Shown here in pieces: positions 23,054 to 36,207 of a stretch of DNA of 64,000 nt; within the stretch, counting starts at the first letter, position 1; every line of letters starts with the position of its first letter. The translations under genes and the position numbers were made by a program. This DNA is from Octopus sinensis (taxonomy: Eukaryota): assembly GCF_006345805.1 (NCBI RefSeq), contig NC_043010.1:34224001-34288000 (forward strand). The letters run 5' to 3'. The notes beneath the pieces were generated by a model. It worked only from the letters and a program-made list of their open reading frames with translations. It made no database searches and had not been told where the DNA came from.

Positions 23054-23110
<57 letters not shown>

Positions 23111-23443
23111 CTCACCCTCTCTCAAATGTATGTGCGTGTGGATGTGTGTGTGTGTGTGTGTGTACGCTTTGAATTCTCGATTATAGAGCCAGTGAATGGC
23201 TGGGCTGAGAAGTACTGCTCTTTCACTGGTACAATAAACCGTTAAAAACACTGAACGAATAATCTTTCACCTCATTGCATGAGGGTCACTACACGCACGT
23301 ACATATTACATGGTCTAGATTTGCAAACTGAGTGAAAATGTACTCAGTATATACTGGAGGTGCACATGTGCGTGTCTGTGTGCGCGCATAAATATATTAT
23401 AGTGGAATAATTACTGTGAAATATATATATATACATATATATA

Positions 23444-25345
23444 CTAGCAGAGACACCCGGCGTTGCTCGGGATTAAAATGGCATAGTTTGTATATAATAT
23501 ATTACAGTTATGTTGAAACAGGTGACATGGGAAAGTGCAGCACTGACAGAAAAACATTTGTGGAGTAAATTATGGGCTAATTCGACTAAGCAACATGCTA
23601 TGCGTCTGTTTGGAGTATTTCAGGCCCTAACATGTGGGGGTTATGTGATTTTTGAACGCACCGAGAAGCTGTCAGTGGATATACTCTCTTTTGCAGCAGT
23701 CGGCGCTGTGTCAAACACGACCCATCATCTGAAATGTTGACACTTCCTTCAGGTTTGTTGTCCTACATCACTCATAAAGTAAATTTGGTGGCACTGTGGT
23801 TGTTCATTTGTGGGTAGCTATGAACCAATGAGGTGATAGACTTGCCCTTGAACTTCGTCGTAAACTCATGTTTATCTTCTTAGATGCACCAAACGATGTC
23901 ATTTGCAGAGTTGCATTGTCTGATATTGTTAAGAAAATCCTTTGACTGGATGAAAATGCCTTCTAGAAGATCCATAAGAGGTTGAGAAGGAACTGGTAGT
24001 GCTGGCAATTTTACCTGACTGCCCGAGCAGCACATACCATTTGTTTCATTTTAAAATTTGAAAGCTCTACTGAAAAGACAATTTGTGTTTAGCACACCAA
24101 TTTGGACAGAGTTATTATTTTTATAAGAATAGGATGGATCATATATGAAAAAGCTTCAGGAGTTGTGAAGAACGAATTTGTACGTAGTTTGTTTCTGAGA
24201 GCTACTCTATTGGATCTCTCTCTAATCATTAAAACATTGATTTAATGATCCAGCATTAAGTGCTGCAACATGCATTTGCTGAAGTTGAGAAAATCTCATC
24301 TAGCTTCTCTCTTCACACTCTTGCCTTCGGTTTTCTACAATCCTCCTTGCTTTATACTTGTTTCTGGAGAGATTACGTCTTTTCTTTGGTGGTATATTTT
24401 TCCCAATATTGTAAACAAAAAATTATGAACATAGAAAGAAATTATACATTAATCCCTATTTTTGTAAGCAGTCGTATCTGAAAAATTTTTTATTTGAAGA
24501 GAACAGAAATTGAAGGAAGCTAAAGCGAAAAAAAATAGAGAAAGAAAGTGAAAGATGTATGTACGTCATATCAAATGGACATGTGTGTGTGTATGTGTGT
24601 GCACGTGTGTGTGTGTGTGCGTGCTTGCGCGTGTGTATGTTAGAGAGAAAGAGAGATAGAGTGAGTGAATGAAGGTGTGTGTCGTGATGATTGACATCTT
24701 TTAAGGTACACACACACATAGAAAATGTGACGTCATCGTATAAAATGTTTACGATAGTTGATTTATGGAAAAGATTATGTTAAATTTTTGAAATGCAAAT
24801 ATGTGAATGAAAATTAAGTTTAATTTGTAGCCAAAATAGTACTGAATCGTTTGATACCCCATATGTCAAAATCTATAACTCGGTTTTGGAAAGCATAAGG
24901 AATATATAATATCAATAAAGCAGACCTCTATATAATAGATAGACCTAGTAGAAATAGCAGCCAAATCTCTCTCAAAACATCCTACTATCTTATTCCGACA
25001 ATTCTGCCTATTATGTAGTTTGAATGAGAAACTGTAACTAAAGATTAAGATTATTAACCCTACAGAGAGAGGAAATAAGAGAGACAGCATAACGACGGTT
25101 TTGGCGAAATGGCATGTGCCGGCTGTGTGAGCAACTGGTTGTTGTAATGGTGGAACAAACGGGACATAAAAATTACAAAAATAGCGATTCTCACTTTGAA
25201 ACAAACAATTTTGAAAATATTTTTAGATTATGGAGCGCCTCACTCTCTCATGTATCCATGTTTAAAATTTCAGCGTGATCGGATGAACAATACTCGAGTT
25301 ATAAGCGCACAAACAGACAGACAGAACAGATTTTATATATTAAGA
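23444..25345 (-). mobile_element. Helitron derivative with a RepHel coding remnant
   Basis: 5' A|TC at 25345; 3' hairpin cccgagcaacgccggg plus CTAG|T at 23444; 23810-24050 translates ETNGMCCSGSQVKLPALP...MTSFGA...VQGQVYHLIGS. Confidence 0.75.
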
Positions 25346-25464
25346 TATAGATATATTGTAATGTAATAATTACTGTGTAGCATTGTGTGCACATATTTGT
25401 TTTCTTGTGATTTACCTTGCATTTACTTTGCAGTGTTTTGGCCTTACCCACGATCTTTTATACA

Positions 25465-25522
<58 letters not shown>

Positions 25523-26085
25523 CGGCGGTAAAACATCAGTCCGAAAATGAAGTACACTCTCTCTAAGTTATAGAGCAGTATATTATGTTTGTGTGTACTT
25601 GTGTGTGTGTGTGTGTGTATGTGTGTGTGCGTGCGTGTGTGTGTGTGTGTGTTGTGTGTGTATAAATACATACATACACACATAAGTACACACACACGCA
25701 TGCATGCACATATATGCATGTATGCATATAACTGCCAATTTATATTATCGTACAATTTCATCTTGAAAAACCTTCCAAGATTTGAAAGGTAGAAAGTGAA
25801 ATATATTTTTTCTATTCAGCTATGCCCAATGATTGTTCGGTTATCTTTCCATACTTGGAAGGTTCATCAACACGAAACTGTTCGGTAACATGAATACGAG
25901 TGCCTGACTTTTCCGACATCTGAAAATTCATTGGATAACGCGCCCCACCTCACACAAAGGCATACACACATGTATGTATGTATGTATGTATGTATGTATG
26001 TATGTATGCATGCATGCATGCATGTATGTATGTATGTATGTATGTATGTATGTATGTATGTATGTATGTATGTATGTATGTATGT

Positions 26086-26824
26086 ATAGTAGTTTAGTTA
26101 CATGAGTCGTTCTCAAATCTGCGCATTCTTAGATTCTGGTTTCTTTGATAATGAAATAGAAAAGGACTGCCAAACAGAATTGAAACGACGTGAAGAAAAT
26201 ATAATCGATGGTAGCGAGTAAGAAACAATGGTCGCCAAAAATAATAAATCTGGGATATGTGCAATCAGAAAACGGGAAATGTGTAGCAGAAATCAAAAGA
26301 CGTATTGCGATAGCTAGAAAGTCATTTGAAAAAATACTAAACATACTGACATCAAAACAGCATTAATATCGAAACCAGAAGAAAGATTATTAAAGCATTA
26401 TATACCGTCCATTCTACAATATGGTGCGGAAACTTAGACATTAACAAAAATACTATCAGATGTGTGCATATAGAAACTTTGTGAGAATAACAGACGTAAC
26501 ACAAAAACCAATGAGGAAATACTAAGAATGGTAAAGACTAAGAAAATATTAATAGACACTATTGAAGAGAAGAAACAAAAATATTTTCGAAAGAATAGAT
26601 TAAAGAGACCGTTAACAGAAGACAAAAATGAATGGGAAAAGAGTGAGAGAAAAACTAACAATTACATGGATGGATAGTATAAAAAAATTGGGACAGATTT
26701 AAAATACAGTAAATATTTAAGGATAATACAATCCTCGGCAGTCAACCTACTTAGAGTGGATCAAATCTGATGATGGCAGTGATGGATGGATGGATGGATG
26801 GATGGATGTGTGTGTGTGTGTGTG

Positions 26825-26856
<32 letters not shown>

Positions 26857-27646
26857 GTATGTATGTATGTATGTATGTATGTATGTAGTATGTATGTATG
26901 TATGTATGTGTATGTATGTATGTATATGTATGTATGTATGTATAGTAGTTTAGTTACATGAGTCGTTCTCAAATCTGCGCATTCTTAGATTCTGGTTTCT
27001 TTGATAATGAAATAGAAAAGGACTGCCAAACAGAATTGAAACGACGTGAAGAAAATATAATCGATGGTAGCGAGTAAGAAACAATGGTCGCCAAAAATAA
27101 TAAATCTGGGATATGTGCAATCAGAAAACGGGAAATGTGTAGCAGAAATCAAAAGACGTATTGCGATAGCTAGAAAGTCATTTGAAAAAATACTAAACAT
27201 ACTGACATCAAAACAGCATTAATATCGAAACCAGAAGAAAGATTATTAAAGCATTATATACCGTCCATTCTACAATATGGTGCGGAAACTTAGACATTAA
27301 CAAAAATACTATCAGATGTGTGCATATAGAAACTTTGTGAGAATAACAGACGTAACACAAAAACCAATGAGGAAATACTAAGAATGGTAAAGACTAAGAA
27401 AATATTAATAGACACTATTGAAGAGAAGAAACAAAAATATTTTCGAAAGAATAGATTAAAGAGACCGTTAACAGAAGACAAAAATGAATGGGAAAAGAGT
27501 GAGAGAAAAACTAACAATTACATGGATGGATAGTATAAAAAAATTGGGACAGATTTAAAATACAGTAAATATTTAAGGATAATACAATCCTCGGCAGTCA
27601 ACCTACTTAGAGTGGATCAAATCTGATGATGGCAGTGATGGATGGA
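26086..27646 (+). repeat. Tandem duplication (period 856 bp) of a decayed RTE RT 3' fragment bounded by microsatellites
   Basis: Cores 26086-26781 and 26942-27637 give identical ORF translations; LGYVQSENGKCVAEIKRRIAIARKSF...LQYGAET. Confidence 0.85.
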
Positions 27647-27661
27647 TGGATGGATGGATGG

Positions 27662-27721
<60 letters not shown>

Positions 27722-27989
27722 ATGTATGTATGTATGTATGTATGTATGTATGTATGTATGTATGTATGTCACACTGTAGCCAGTCCAGTATGAATACTAA
27801 AAGGTTACTAACGAGAGTTACACGATCTCTGAAGATTTGACTACGCAATCTGCTAAAAAGGTTTTCCTTAAACGCAATTTTTCAGTATTAATAAATCTCG
27901 CGTAAGATGACGTAAATAAATATTTTATCAACAAACTCTCCTGTGTTATTTCGCTTTGTGTGTACGTGTGTGTGTGTGTGTGAAGGTAA

Positions 27990-28140
27990 GAAAGCTTGTG
28001 GTCAGTGTGTTACTCTTACGATTGCGAGAGCGATTTCGATCGCCAGATCTTGAGCAAAATACTTCATTTCACGTTGCCCCAGTTCACCCAGCTATAAATA
28101 GGTAACTCTGCGACTGACCGACGTTCCATTCAGGAGGTCG
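27990..28140 (+). mobile_element. SINE family C-like fragment
   Basis: tcttgagcaaaatacttcatttcacgttgccccagttcacccagct. Confidence 0.55.
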
Positions 28141-28225
28141 ATACAATGATACTATGATACGTACGTACGTACGTATGTATGTATGTATGTATGTATGTAT
28201 GTATGTATGTATGTATGTATGTATG

Positions 28226-28256
<31 letters not shown>

Positions 28257-28389
28257 TTATTCAGTTTATTTCGAGATGTCTTACCACTAGAGAACGAACC
28301 GGCTCCTTCATTGGAATTTCAACATTAACAACAGGGTATTTTTGTTTGTATGTATGTATGTATGTATGTATGTATGTATTCTCATGCAT

Positions 28390-28705
28390 ATAGTTACATA
28401 TCTAGACATGCTTATATATATTTAAATGATAAACTTCTGGAAAGTTTTACAGATTTTTACAGTTCCAGTTATGGATTGGATCTGTAGTCTTCGAATTAGC
28501 TTTCCCCTTTCTGGTTTTGAGGAGCTTATTTCTCAAGATTGGTATTTAGGCACATATCCCAGTGCCCCAATAATTGCAGGTATAAATCTGAACCCGGATA
28601 GAGTTACTGCAGATTTCTCAATAGTTCAGCATAGGCGTTTTCTTTTTCACTGATCTTCAGCTTTACGTTAACATCCGCTGGACAGCTAATTTCCACAACT
28701 TTATA
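28390..28705 (-). mobile_element. RLE-type LINE (R4/Dong-like) 3' end
   Basis: Minus strand VVEISCPADVNVKLKISEKENAYAELLRNLQ...IPAIIGALGYV...TVKICKTFQKFII*. Confidence 0.7.
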
Positions 28706-28711
28706 TGTATA

Positions 28712-29080
28712 CTAGCAGTATCACCCGGCGTTGCTCGGGTTTGTAAGGGAAATAACTATAAAGCATTTTTAGAGAGTTATAGCCAAAAAATAGCAAAAAA
28801 ATGGAAAAAAAATTATGGTAAATTTTTTTGAGTTAAAAAGGTCGAGTTGCGTCCCCTAGACAGTCTGTGGTTTGTGTTTCTGATTCTCGACCCCATGTCG
28901 AATTTATCGATTTTTTTCAGAACTGGGGGAACTGTTCAAAATTTTCGCTGCGTTAGTTTTGAATTATGACATTGGGCTATGTGTGTATCAAGTTTCATCA
29001 GAATCGGTTGAAAGCCGTGGTCAGGGTGAGGGTACAACCTAACAGACACACAGACAAACTGCCGTTTATATATAGAGAGA
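28712..29080 (-). mobile_element. Non-autonomous Helitron-type element
   Basis: 5' TCTCTCTATATATAAACGG, subterminal (GTCT/GTGT)n, 3' hairpin plus CTAG. Confidence 0.75.
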
Positions 29081-30429
29081 TGTATGTATGTATGTGTGTG
29101 TGTGTTTGTATGTATGTATGTATGTATGTATGTATGTATCTGTGTGTGTGTGGGGGGCATGCGTACATCTGTGTGTGTGTGTAAAGAGAGAGGGGTTTAA
29201 GGGCTCAGTATAGTTCTTGCTTGAGGTTTTCTGTAACTGTAGTATCTGTGAACTTATAGAAATATAAGCACTGTGTTGATGGCTGGTGCATAGTTTGAAA
29301 CAGTCTCTGTTTCAATCGCATAATACGAAGACTTGTTGTCATAATCAATTGAAGTGTATATACTGGAATATACATATAGAAAGAGGCAACCTAATCATAC
29401 AGCTGCTGCCATCTACTCGAGATGGAGAGAAGGCGTGCACCTAAGTGTTGTTTAGATCGCAAGCTGACATTCAATACAAATGTAAACACGGTCGTCAAAC
29501 ACTACTCCAGTCATGTGCTATAAAGCAACCTTTTTTCATTCGTCATACACAACGCTGACACATGGAATGAACTGGCTTTTAGCAAAAGCACTCGAAGATT
29601 GAAGAGCAGATGGAGAAAGAGTGTCGATTCAATTTTTGCAGTCAATTCATTTACTTCGACCTTAAAATTACATATTTTGATGTAAACAGTGAAAGCAGGG
29701 AATAATACACGGGCCACCCTTCGATATTAGTACACGACGTTATTCACCCACACAACCTTCTTTCATGACAGAGAAAGAGGCTAGGCTGAAAAAGTGGATG
29801 AATGATGTCGTCTTCTCAGACAAACACGCTGTCGACCAATATCGAAGGAATGCCTAATACACGTTTAGCAGAGGATCTTTGACAAAATACTATCTTTGTC
29901 CGGGCGTCGATGTTCCCTTGTGGTTGTTATAATTGAAACGAACAATACCAACAATATTTAAAATAGTAATGGTTTCTGAGAATTATGTAAATTCAAGGCC
30001 AGTAATTTTAAGGAGTGGGGATCGATGACATCGACTCCAGTGCTCGACTGGTACTGTTGCTTTGGTTGTTGTGTCGGCTGGTCTGCGGCGATGATTGGTT
30101 GAATTGAATGACAATATCTTCTCTTCAGCTACGCGAAGAAGTAACTGAACAAAACTTGCAAACATCTAACAGATTTTATTATCGCACATAATGTCAAACT
30201 GCATTGGTCTTTTACAAATAACAACAGCAATAATTACATACTGGGAGAGATATACTGCTTAGGGTCTACAGCAGGGTACTCATACTGCAACACGTGGCTT
30301 GCTCAACATAACTGGAAACAATTGTGCTATGTTCGTGGCGACGGTGATTCTTGACATCTGTCTGAGCCGTCTGCGTGGGTCGTCTGGTGTAGCAAGAGTG
30401 GAGACACATCGCACAGCTGCCTCAACATC

Positions 30430-30560
30430 CTGCAATTAATTACCGCCGAAAGCAACCTTTTATAGAGCACAAGAAGTAGATGCTAGAAGATTGAATCCCC
30501 CGATGGCTTGACGCTGATTGGTTAATTAATTGACCGATTACGTGAAACTATTGGGGTTTG
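30430..30560 (-). promoter_or_regulatory. Candidate Pol II promoter (two CCAAT boxes plus TATAAAAG)
   Basis: Minus-strand CCAAT at 30550-30554 and 30517-30521 (33 bp apart); TATAAAAG at 30457-30464; bZIP-like half sites nearby. Confidence 0.35.
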
Positions 30561-30959
30561 CTCGTTATGTTTGACCGAGTATCTTGAGATTCAGATTCGA
30601 ATTCCCACTACTGCACCTTTATATTTTATCGACCCTGAAAGGATGAAAGATAAAGTTGACCTCGACGGTATTTGAAACCAGTATGTGAAGAGCCAGAAAA
30701 AAAAAAATACTGCACGGCATTTTGTCCAACGCTCTAATGATTCTACTAGCTCACCACCCTTAACAACAACAACAACAACAACAACAGCAGCAGCAACAGC
30801 AGCAGCAGCAACAACAACAACAACATGGGATGTTTTATTGATAAATTAATATAGTTTTGTAAAAACTTTGTAACGGTTGGTGTCACCAATGTAACGATAG
30901 GGGTCACCAATTGTGAAGGTATTCTATTATGATATATGTTGGAGTCAGCAGTTACCAAT

Positions 30960-31550
30960 TGTAACGGGCGTTGTTGTTGCAGATGTGTAAGATGAACGAA
31001 GAACAGTGATCGAAGTTGTAAAGAAATATTTATTCACCGTTGCTTTGTATATATTCAAAAACCACGACGGGTTGGTAAATGGAAAAGCATGCGAGGTAAA
31101 AAGAGTTAATTAATTTCGGTCGGTATGTGTGTACACGTTCTTACTGTTGTAGAAATCCATAGATAGTGATAGCATGATGTCGCAAGAGAAAACAAAGTAA
31201 TGGTTGCCTGCTTGTGGCCATGACTCTAGTTGGTCTCTATCTGATTTTGTCATACCAAATTCTAGTATTTATAACTATGCAAAACTAGCTAGAAGGATAG
31301 ACATATTGTTGAGAACGATAAATATCGTTGGTGATACCTGCTATCTCAATTCTAGCTTTTGGTGAAATAGAAGAGGTTAGAAGGGTCAAGTGGCAAAGAC
31401 ATTATTCTGCTTAGCGAAGGCATCTGGCAAATGTAATTGCTGTCACTTACAGAAAAGCTATTGTTTTACCGTGAGAAAAGTGCTGTTGAACTGTTAAATG
31501 AAATTTAGCAATCGAGGATCGAATCCACGCCATGCCTGCATGAAGCCACA
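30960..31550 (-). mobile_element. Probable LTR followed by PBS-like motifs
   Basis: Minus strand TGT...GTTACA with AATAAA ~70 nt from the end, followed by TTGGTAAC / TTGGTGACCCC / TTGGTGACACC motifs; the 5' boundary is uncertain. Confidence 0.45.
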
Positions 31551-32369
31551 ACTTAAGAGATGTTCATAAATTTCTATATCTTAACTATGCTATGTCCAGC
31601 GTATCGATGCTTCTCTCGAAAATCCCCCCCTACTCGTCCCCATTCCATCGACAGGCATGTCAACTACCAGTCCAATCAAACAGCCTATATTAGTAGACAC
31701 AAGCCAGTTCTTCTATTTAGCGCCGCAGCATCACCAGTAGTTAAACCGACAGCCGTAAATCTTCCATCATTTGTTGTCTTCAAAAATAAAGAGAGACAAT
31801 ATTAGGGCCTTTGTTAGAGTTATGATATAAGTATAGTAGTAATTGTGAAACTATAGTAGTGAACAAGTAAATAAGATAGGGATTATAGTAGTAATAGTAA
31901 AATTATAATAGTAAACAAGTAAATAATTGCCCAGATTGATAATTACTCAGAATGATTAACAAGTGGCCTTGTGAAACCGTCGAGTCGTCGGCGACTAAAC
32001 TGGCAACCCCACTAAGCTTGCTTGGTGAGGAGGGTGGATTTTCGACACACTTCGGGATTAAAAATAAAACCCGGCAAAGGGTAGAAGAACTCAAGAATCA
32101 ATGGCCATTCCGAAAACGGGTAGACGGAACTCGAGAGCCTTGGTTGGCATTCACTCTTGGAGAATGAACATTCTGATTTAAAACTGAGGAAGGAGTCTTC
32201 CTCAGTTTTAAATCAGCTAATTTCCACAACTTGTGACAACCTGTGAGTGTCCAACGGCTTCATGACTGGGATGAAGACAAATGAACCGCGAATCGGGACT
32301 TAATTCCGGAGCAATATTTGGATGAAGATACGGGACCAACTGCCGCTCACCTGTCTCCTAGTGAGAATC

Positions 32370-35220
32370 ATGGTCATGAACCCTAACACACAGAAATGTG
32401 AAGGAAACAGACTCGACTTATGGGTAGTAAGTGCTCTGCAATCTTGGTTTACAATCTCACTAGAGATGGTGTCTCGATAAAAATACCGGTTGATAGTTAA
32501 CCTTAAAATGCAAACCTCATTGTTGAGTGAAAATGTCTAATACAAATGTATCAAATAACGGTGTTAATGAGGCTGGAACCAAAGGCGAAAGCCATTCACC
32601 CGGCAGGTGACTTGTGGTTGAGCAGCACAGGCCCGATCGTCATCCAGGGACTGCTTGTACACGAAGCTAGAGGCAGAGAAGAAGGTGGGATTAGGAGGCA
32701 AACTGAACGGTAATTGAATGCTGGATCAGGAGTGAACCCAGTAGAAGGGGATTCCGACCACGAATGAAAGCAAAATGGAATGAAATAGAACTCTTCGAAA
32801 TAAGTGAACAACGGTTAGCCGACCAGACGAGCAATAAGAGTAAAATGGTGGTTAACAGACATAGAAATTGAAGAGATAAAAAGGAAAGTAGAAAATAGAA
32901 ATAATATTTTACCAACAGATACATTGCCCAGTGAGAACAGAGAAATGAATGGCGGCAGTGAAGACGTAGAACAAAGTGTAAATGTAAATGCATTCTCAGC
33001 AAACGAAGCAGAAGTAATAGGAAGAGCTATGAAACAAGAATATGATGATGACTGACAAGATATAGTGAGGGTGCTGAGCCGATATATTAGAGAAGACCAT
33101 GATCAAGCACCCACCAATCTGAGGTACATTGATCAACGCAAGTTCAAAGTTGAAACCGAAAAGATAGATTCAGTCCTTGGGCTATTCCAGACAAGAAATA
33201 CAACTGAAATTAACAAGATTATTTGGGTTGCAGCTATGGTTACTACAGATAAAGTTGGATACAAAAGAAAAGAACAAACAGAACGTAAAGAACCATTCTG
33301 GCGTAGACGAATTTGTGAGAAAGAAAGTTAAAAAGACATTTAGAACAAGTTGATAGATTGAGTAAAGGGGAATTGCAGAACGAAAGCATAAGAATAATGC
33401 TGGAAAGAACCTATCAAGAACAAAGAGATAAAAGGTATGATGTGATATTGGAAGAATTGAAACAGATACATTGCCCAGTGAGAACAGAGAAGTGAATATT
33501 GGCAGTGAAAACGTAGAACTAAGTGTAGTAATCAAAGGAAAACTGGAAAGATATGACAATAGAACAAAACAATTCAGGCAAAACAGATTGTTTGAAGTAA
33601 AACAGAAGAAACTGTTTCAGGAACTAGAAGGGCAATTACACGTAACAACGATACCAGATGCAGAGGAAAGTAGGGCATTCTGGAGAGGGATCTGGGACCA
33701 ACCTGGAGAGCATAATGATGAAGCTGAGTGGCTGCGTTGAATCCAAGATAGGTTAAGAAATATAGAAGGCCTTAATGAGATACCTAGCCCAAAGTAAGGA
33801 AATCTTGCTAGTGACGGGAACGAGGGAGTACTGAAATCAGAGAAAAGATAACTACAGAAATGATAAAAAAGCAATTAAAAAATTCCCAAATTGGAAGAGC
33901 CCAGGACCGGATGGAATCCAAGGTTATCTTATGAAGAAGCTGAGAGGGATCCATGAAAGAATAGCGCCATTGCTATATGAGTGCTTTCAGAAAGGTGCAG
34001 TGCCCAGCTGGACGACAAAGGGAAAGACATTGTTGTGTGTCTAGGATCCTGAAAAGGAAAATGTTGCATCCAACTTTAGACCAATAACGCGCCTTCCGCT
34101 AATGTGGAAACTAATGTCAGATGCGTTGGCCGGTGAACTAAGATACTTGGAAAACAGTGGGCAACTATCTATTGAACAGAAAGGGTGCCGAAGGAGGAGC
34201 CGGGGAACGAAAGATCAGCTCTTAATTGATAATCTAATTATCAGGAACTGCAAGAGAAGACACAAACCTGAGCATGGCATGGTTGACTATCGTAAAGCAT
34301 ACAACATGATATCACACACCTGGGTAATAAAAGTAATAGAAATGTATGGAGTAGCAGAAAATACGAGAAGTCTTATACAGAATAGTATGAAATGCTGGAG
34401 AACGGAATCGACAGCAGGGAATCAAGTATTAGGAGAGGTGAAAATCAAGAGAGGTATCTTCCAGGGGGACAGTGTGTCCCCACTGATCTTCGTGTTGGGA
34501 ATGATCCCCTTGAGTGAACTACTACAGAAAACAAAGTTGGGGTATGATCTGGAAAGAGGTAAGGGGAAACTGAACCACTCGCTCTTCATGGACGACCTGA
34601 AGTTATTCACAAAAACTGAGGCAGGACTGGACAACCTAGTCCAGTCTGTCCGGATTTTCTCCAATGATATTAAGATGGAATTTGGACTCTCAAAATGGGC
34701 TACGTTGGTGATGAGACAAGGAAAGCTTTCCAGAACAGAAGACATATGGTTGCCAAGTGGTGAAATGATGAAGGCAATTCAACCTCACTCCAGCTATAAA
34801 TACTTGAAGCAGATGGAATCAAACACAATGACATGAAAGAAAAGACAAAAAGAATGAGGAAAATATTGGTTTCAAAGCTAAATACCATAAACTTAATTTC
34901 GGTACTAAACTCGTGCACAGTCGCAGTAGTTCGGTATGGCACTGGAATCCTGAAGTGGATAGAGGAAGAACTAAAGAAGAATGTTTCTAACGATGCATGG
35001 AGCTTATCATCCACGCGCAGATGCTGATTGCCTATACACGAAGAGAGCAAATGGAGGAAGAGGACTGATAAATGTGGAAGACTGCGTGCGTATCGAACTC
35101 GAGACCTTAATGAGATAACTAGCCCAAAGTAAGGAAACCTTGCTAGTGACAGTTAGGAACGAGGGAGTACTGAAATCAGAGAAAAAAAGGAGAAACAAAG
35201 GAAGAAGTGCAAAAAGGACA
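32370..35220 (+). mobile_element. R4/Dong-clade LINE, 5' part and RT, decayed and 3'-truncated
   Basis: EQRLADQ N-terminal motif; WKSPGPDGIQGY; [11 protein letters not shown]; DYRKAYNMI; [12 protein letters not shown]; LFMDDLKL (ORF 34102-34836). Confidence 0.9.
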
Positions 35221-35227
35221 TGATAAT

Positions 35228-35400
35228 AATAATAATCCTTTTTATTATAGGCACAAAGACTGGAATTTTAGCAGCGGAGGCAAGACGATTACATCGCCTC
35301 CAGTGCTCAAGTGGTTCTTAATTTATCGACATCCGAAAAGATGAAAGGCAAAGTCGACCTCGGCATTTTGTCCGGCGAGGTAACGGTTCTGCCAACAATA
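35228..35400 (-). mobile_element. SINE family A
   Basis: Reverse complement of the central block and head. Confidence 0.7.
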
Positions 35401-36034
35401 ACTGTTTTTATTAGCTACAAGGGTTCAAAAAGATATAGTAAAATCTAACGTATGTTGAACTATAGAGACCTTACAAATACGTGCGGAGTGGGACGGGCAA
35501 GTTATATAATCACGAAGAAAAACGAGAAAGATGTTATACAATTAATTTTTGTAAAAAAAAAACACAAATAGTTATTAAGTGGAATAAATAAAAGAATATA
35601 ATAAAACCCATACTAATTAAAACAAAATTCAGTCAAAAAAAGAAAAAATGACGGCGACTAGCAACACATAAGGTGGAAAGACATAACTTACATTTATCAG
35701 GGCAACCCACGTTCCTGATTAAGCAACATTTTTATATCTTCCCTGTATTGTTTATAGCTGGATAATAATAATAATAAATTAATTAAAAAGAGATGTTAGA
35801 AAAACAGTGATTTACAAAGTGGTGATTTACACGTGACAGGAGCTATAATCTGTTTGTGAATGCCGCATGAATGATTAACGCATAAGAGATAACCGGTCCG
35901 ATATTACGTAATTCAATGCACACGGAATTGTGTCAGCAGTTGTGGGTGGCAGGCTGTGAGAAGTCTAAACCATCGCTTTGTTTGTTACGGAGACAGACTG
36001 CGATGATGATCATGATGGTGGGACAGAATCGTTA

Positions 36035-36200
36035 ATAATGCTTTCCAGTATTTGTTCCGGCTCTTTACGTTTTATGTTCCGAGTTCAACATTGCCTTTCA
36101 TCTTTTCGACGTCGACAAAATAAGTACCAGTTGAGCACTGGAGTCGATGTAATCGACAAGCCTCTTCCCCCCACAACATTACACGCCTTGTGCCTACAGT
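36035..36200 (+). mobile_element. SINE family A
   Basis: ttgcctttcatcttttcgacgtcgacaaaataagtaccag. Confidence 0.7.
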
Positions 36201-36207
36201 AAAAATA

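Noticed and set aside
25835-25885. Minus-strand TTGATGA...GAAA hammerhead-like motif
   Set aside because: Stems II and III do not pair convincingly.
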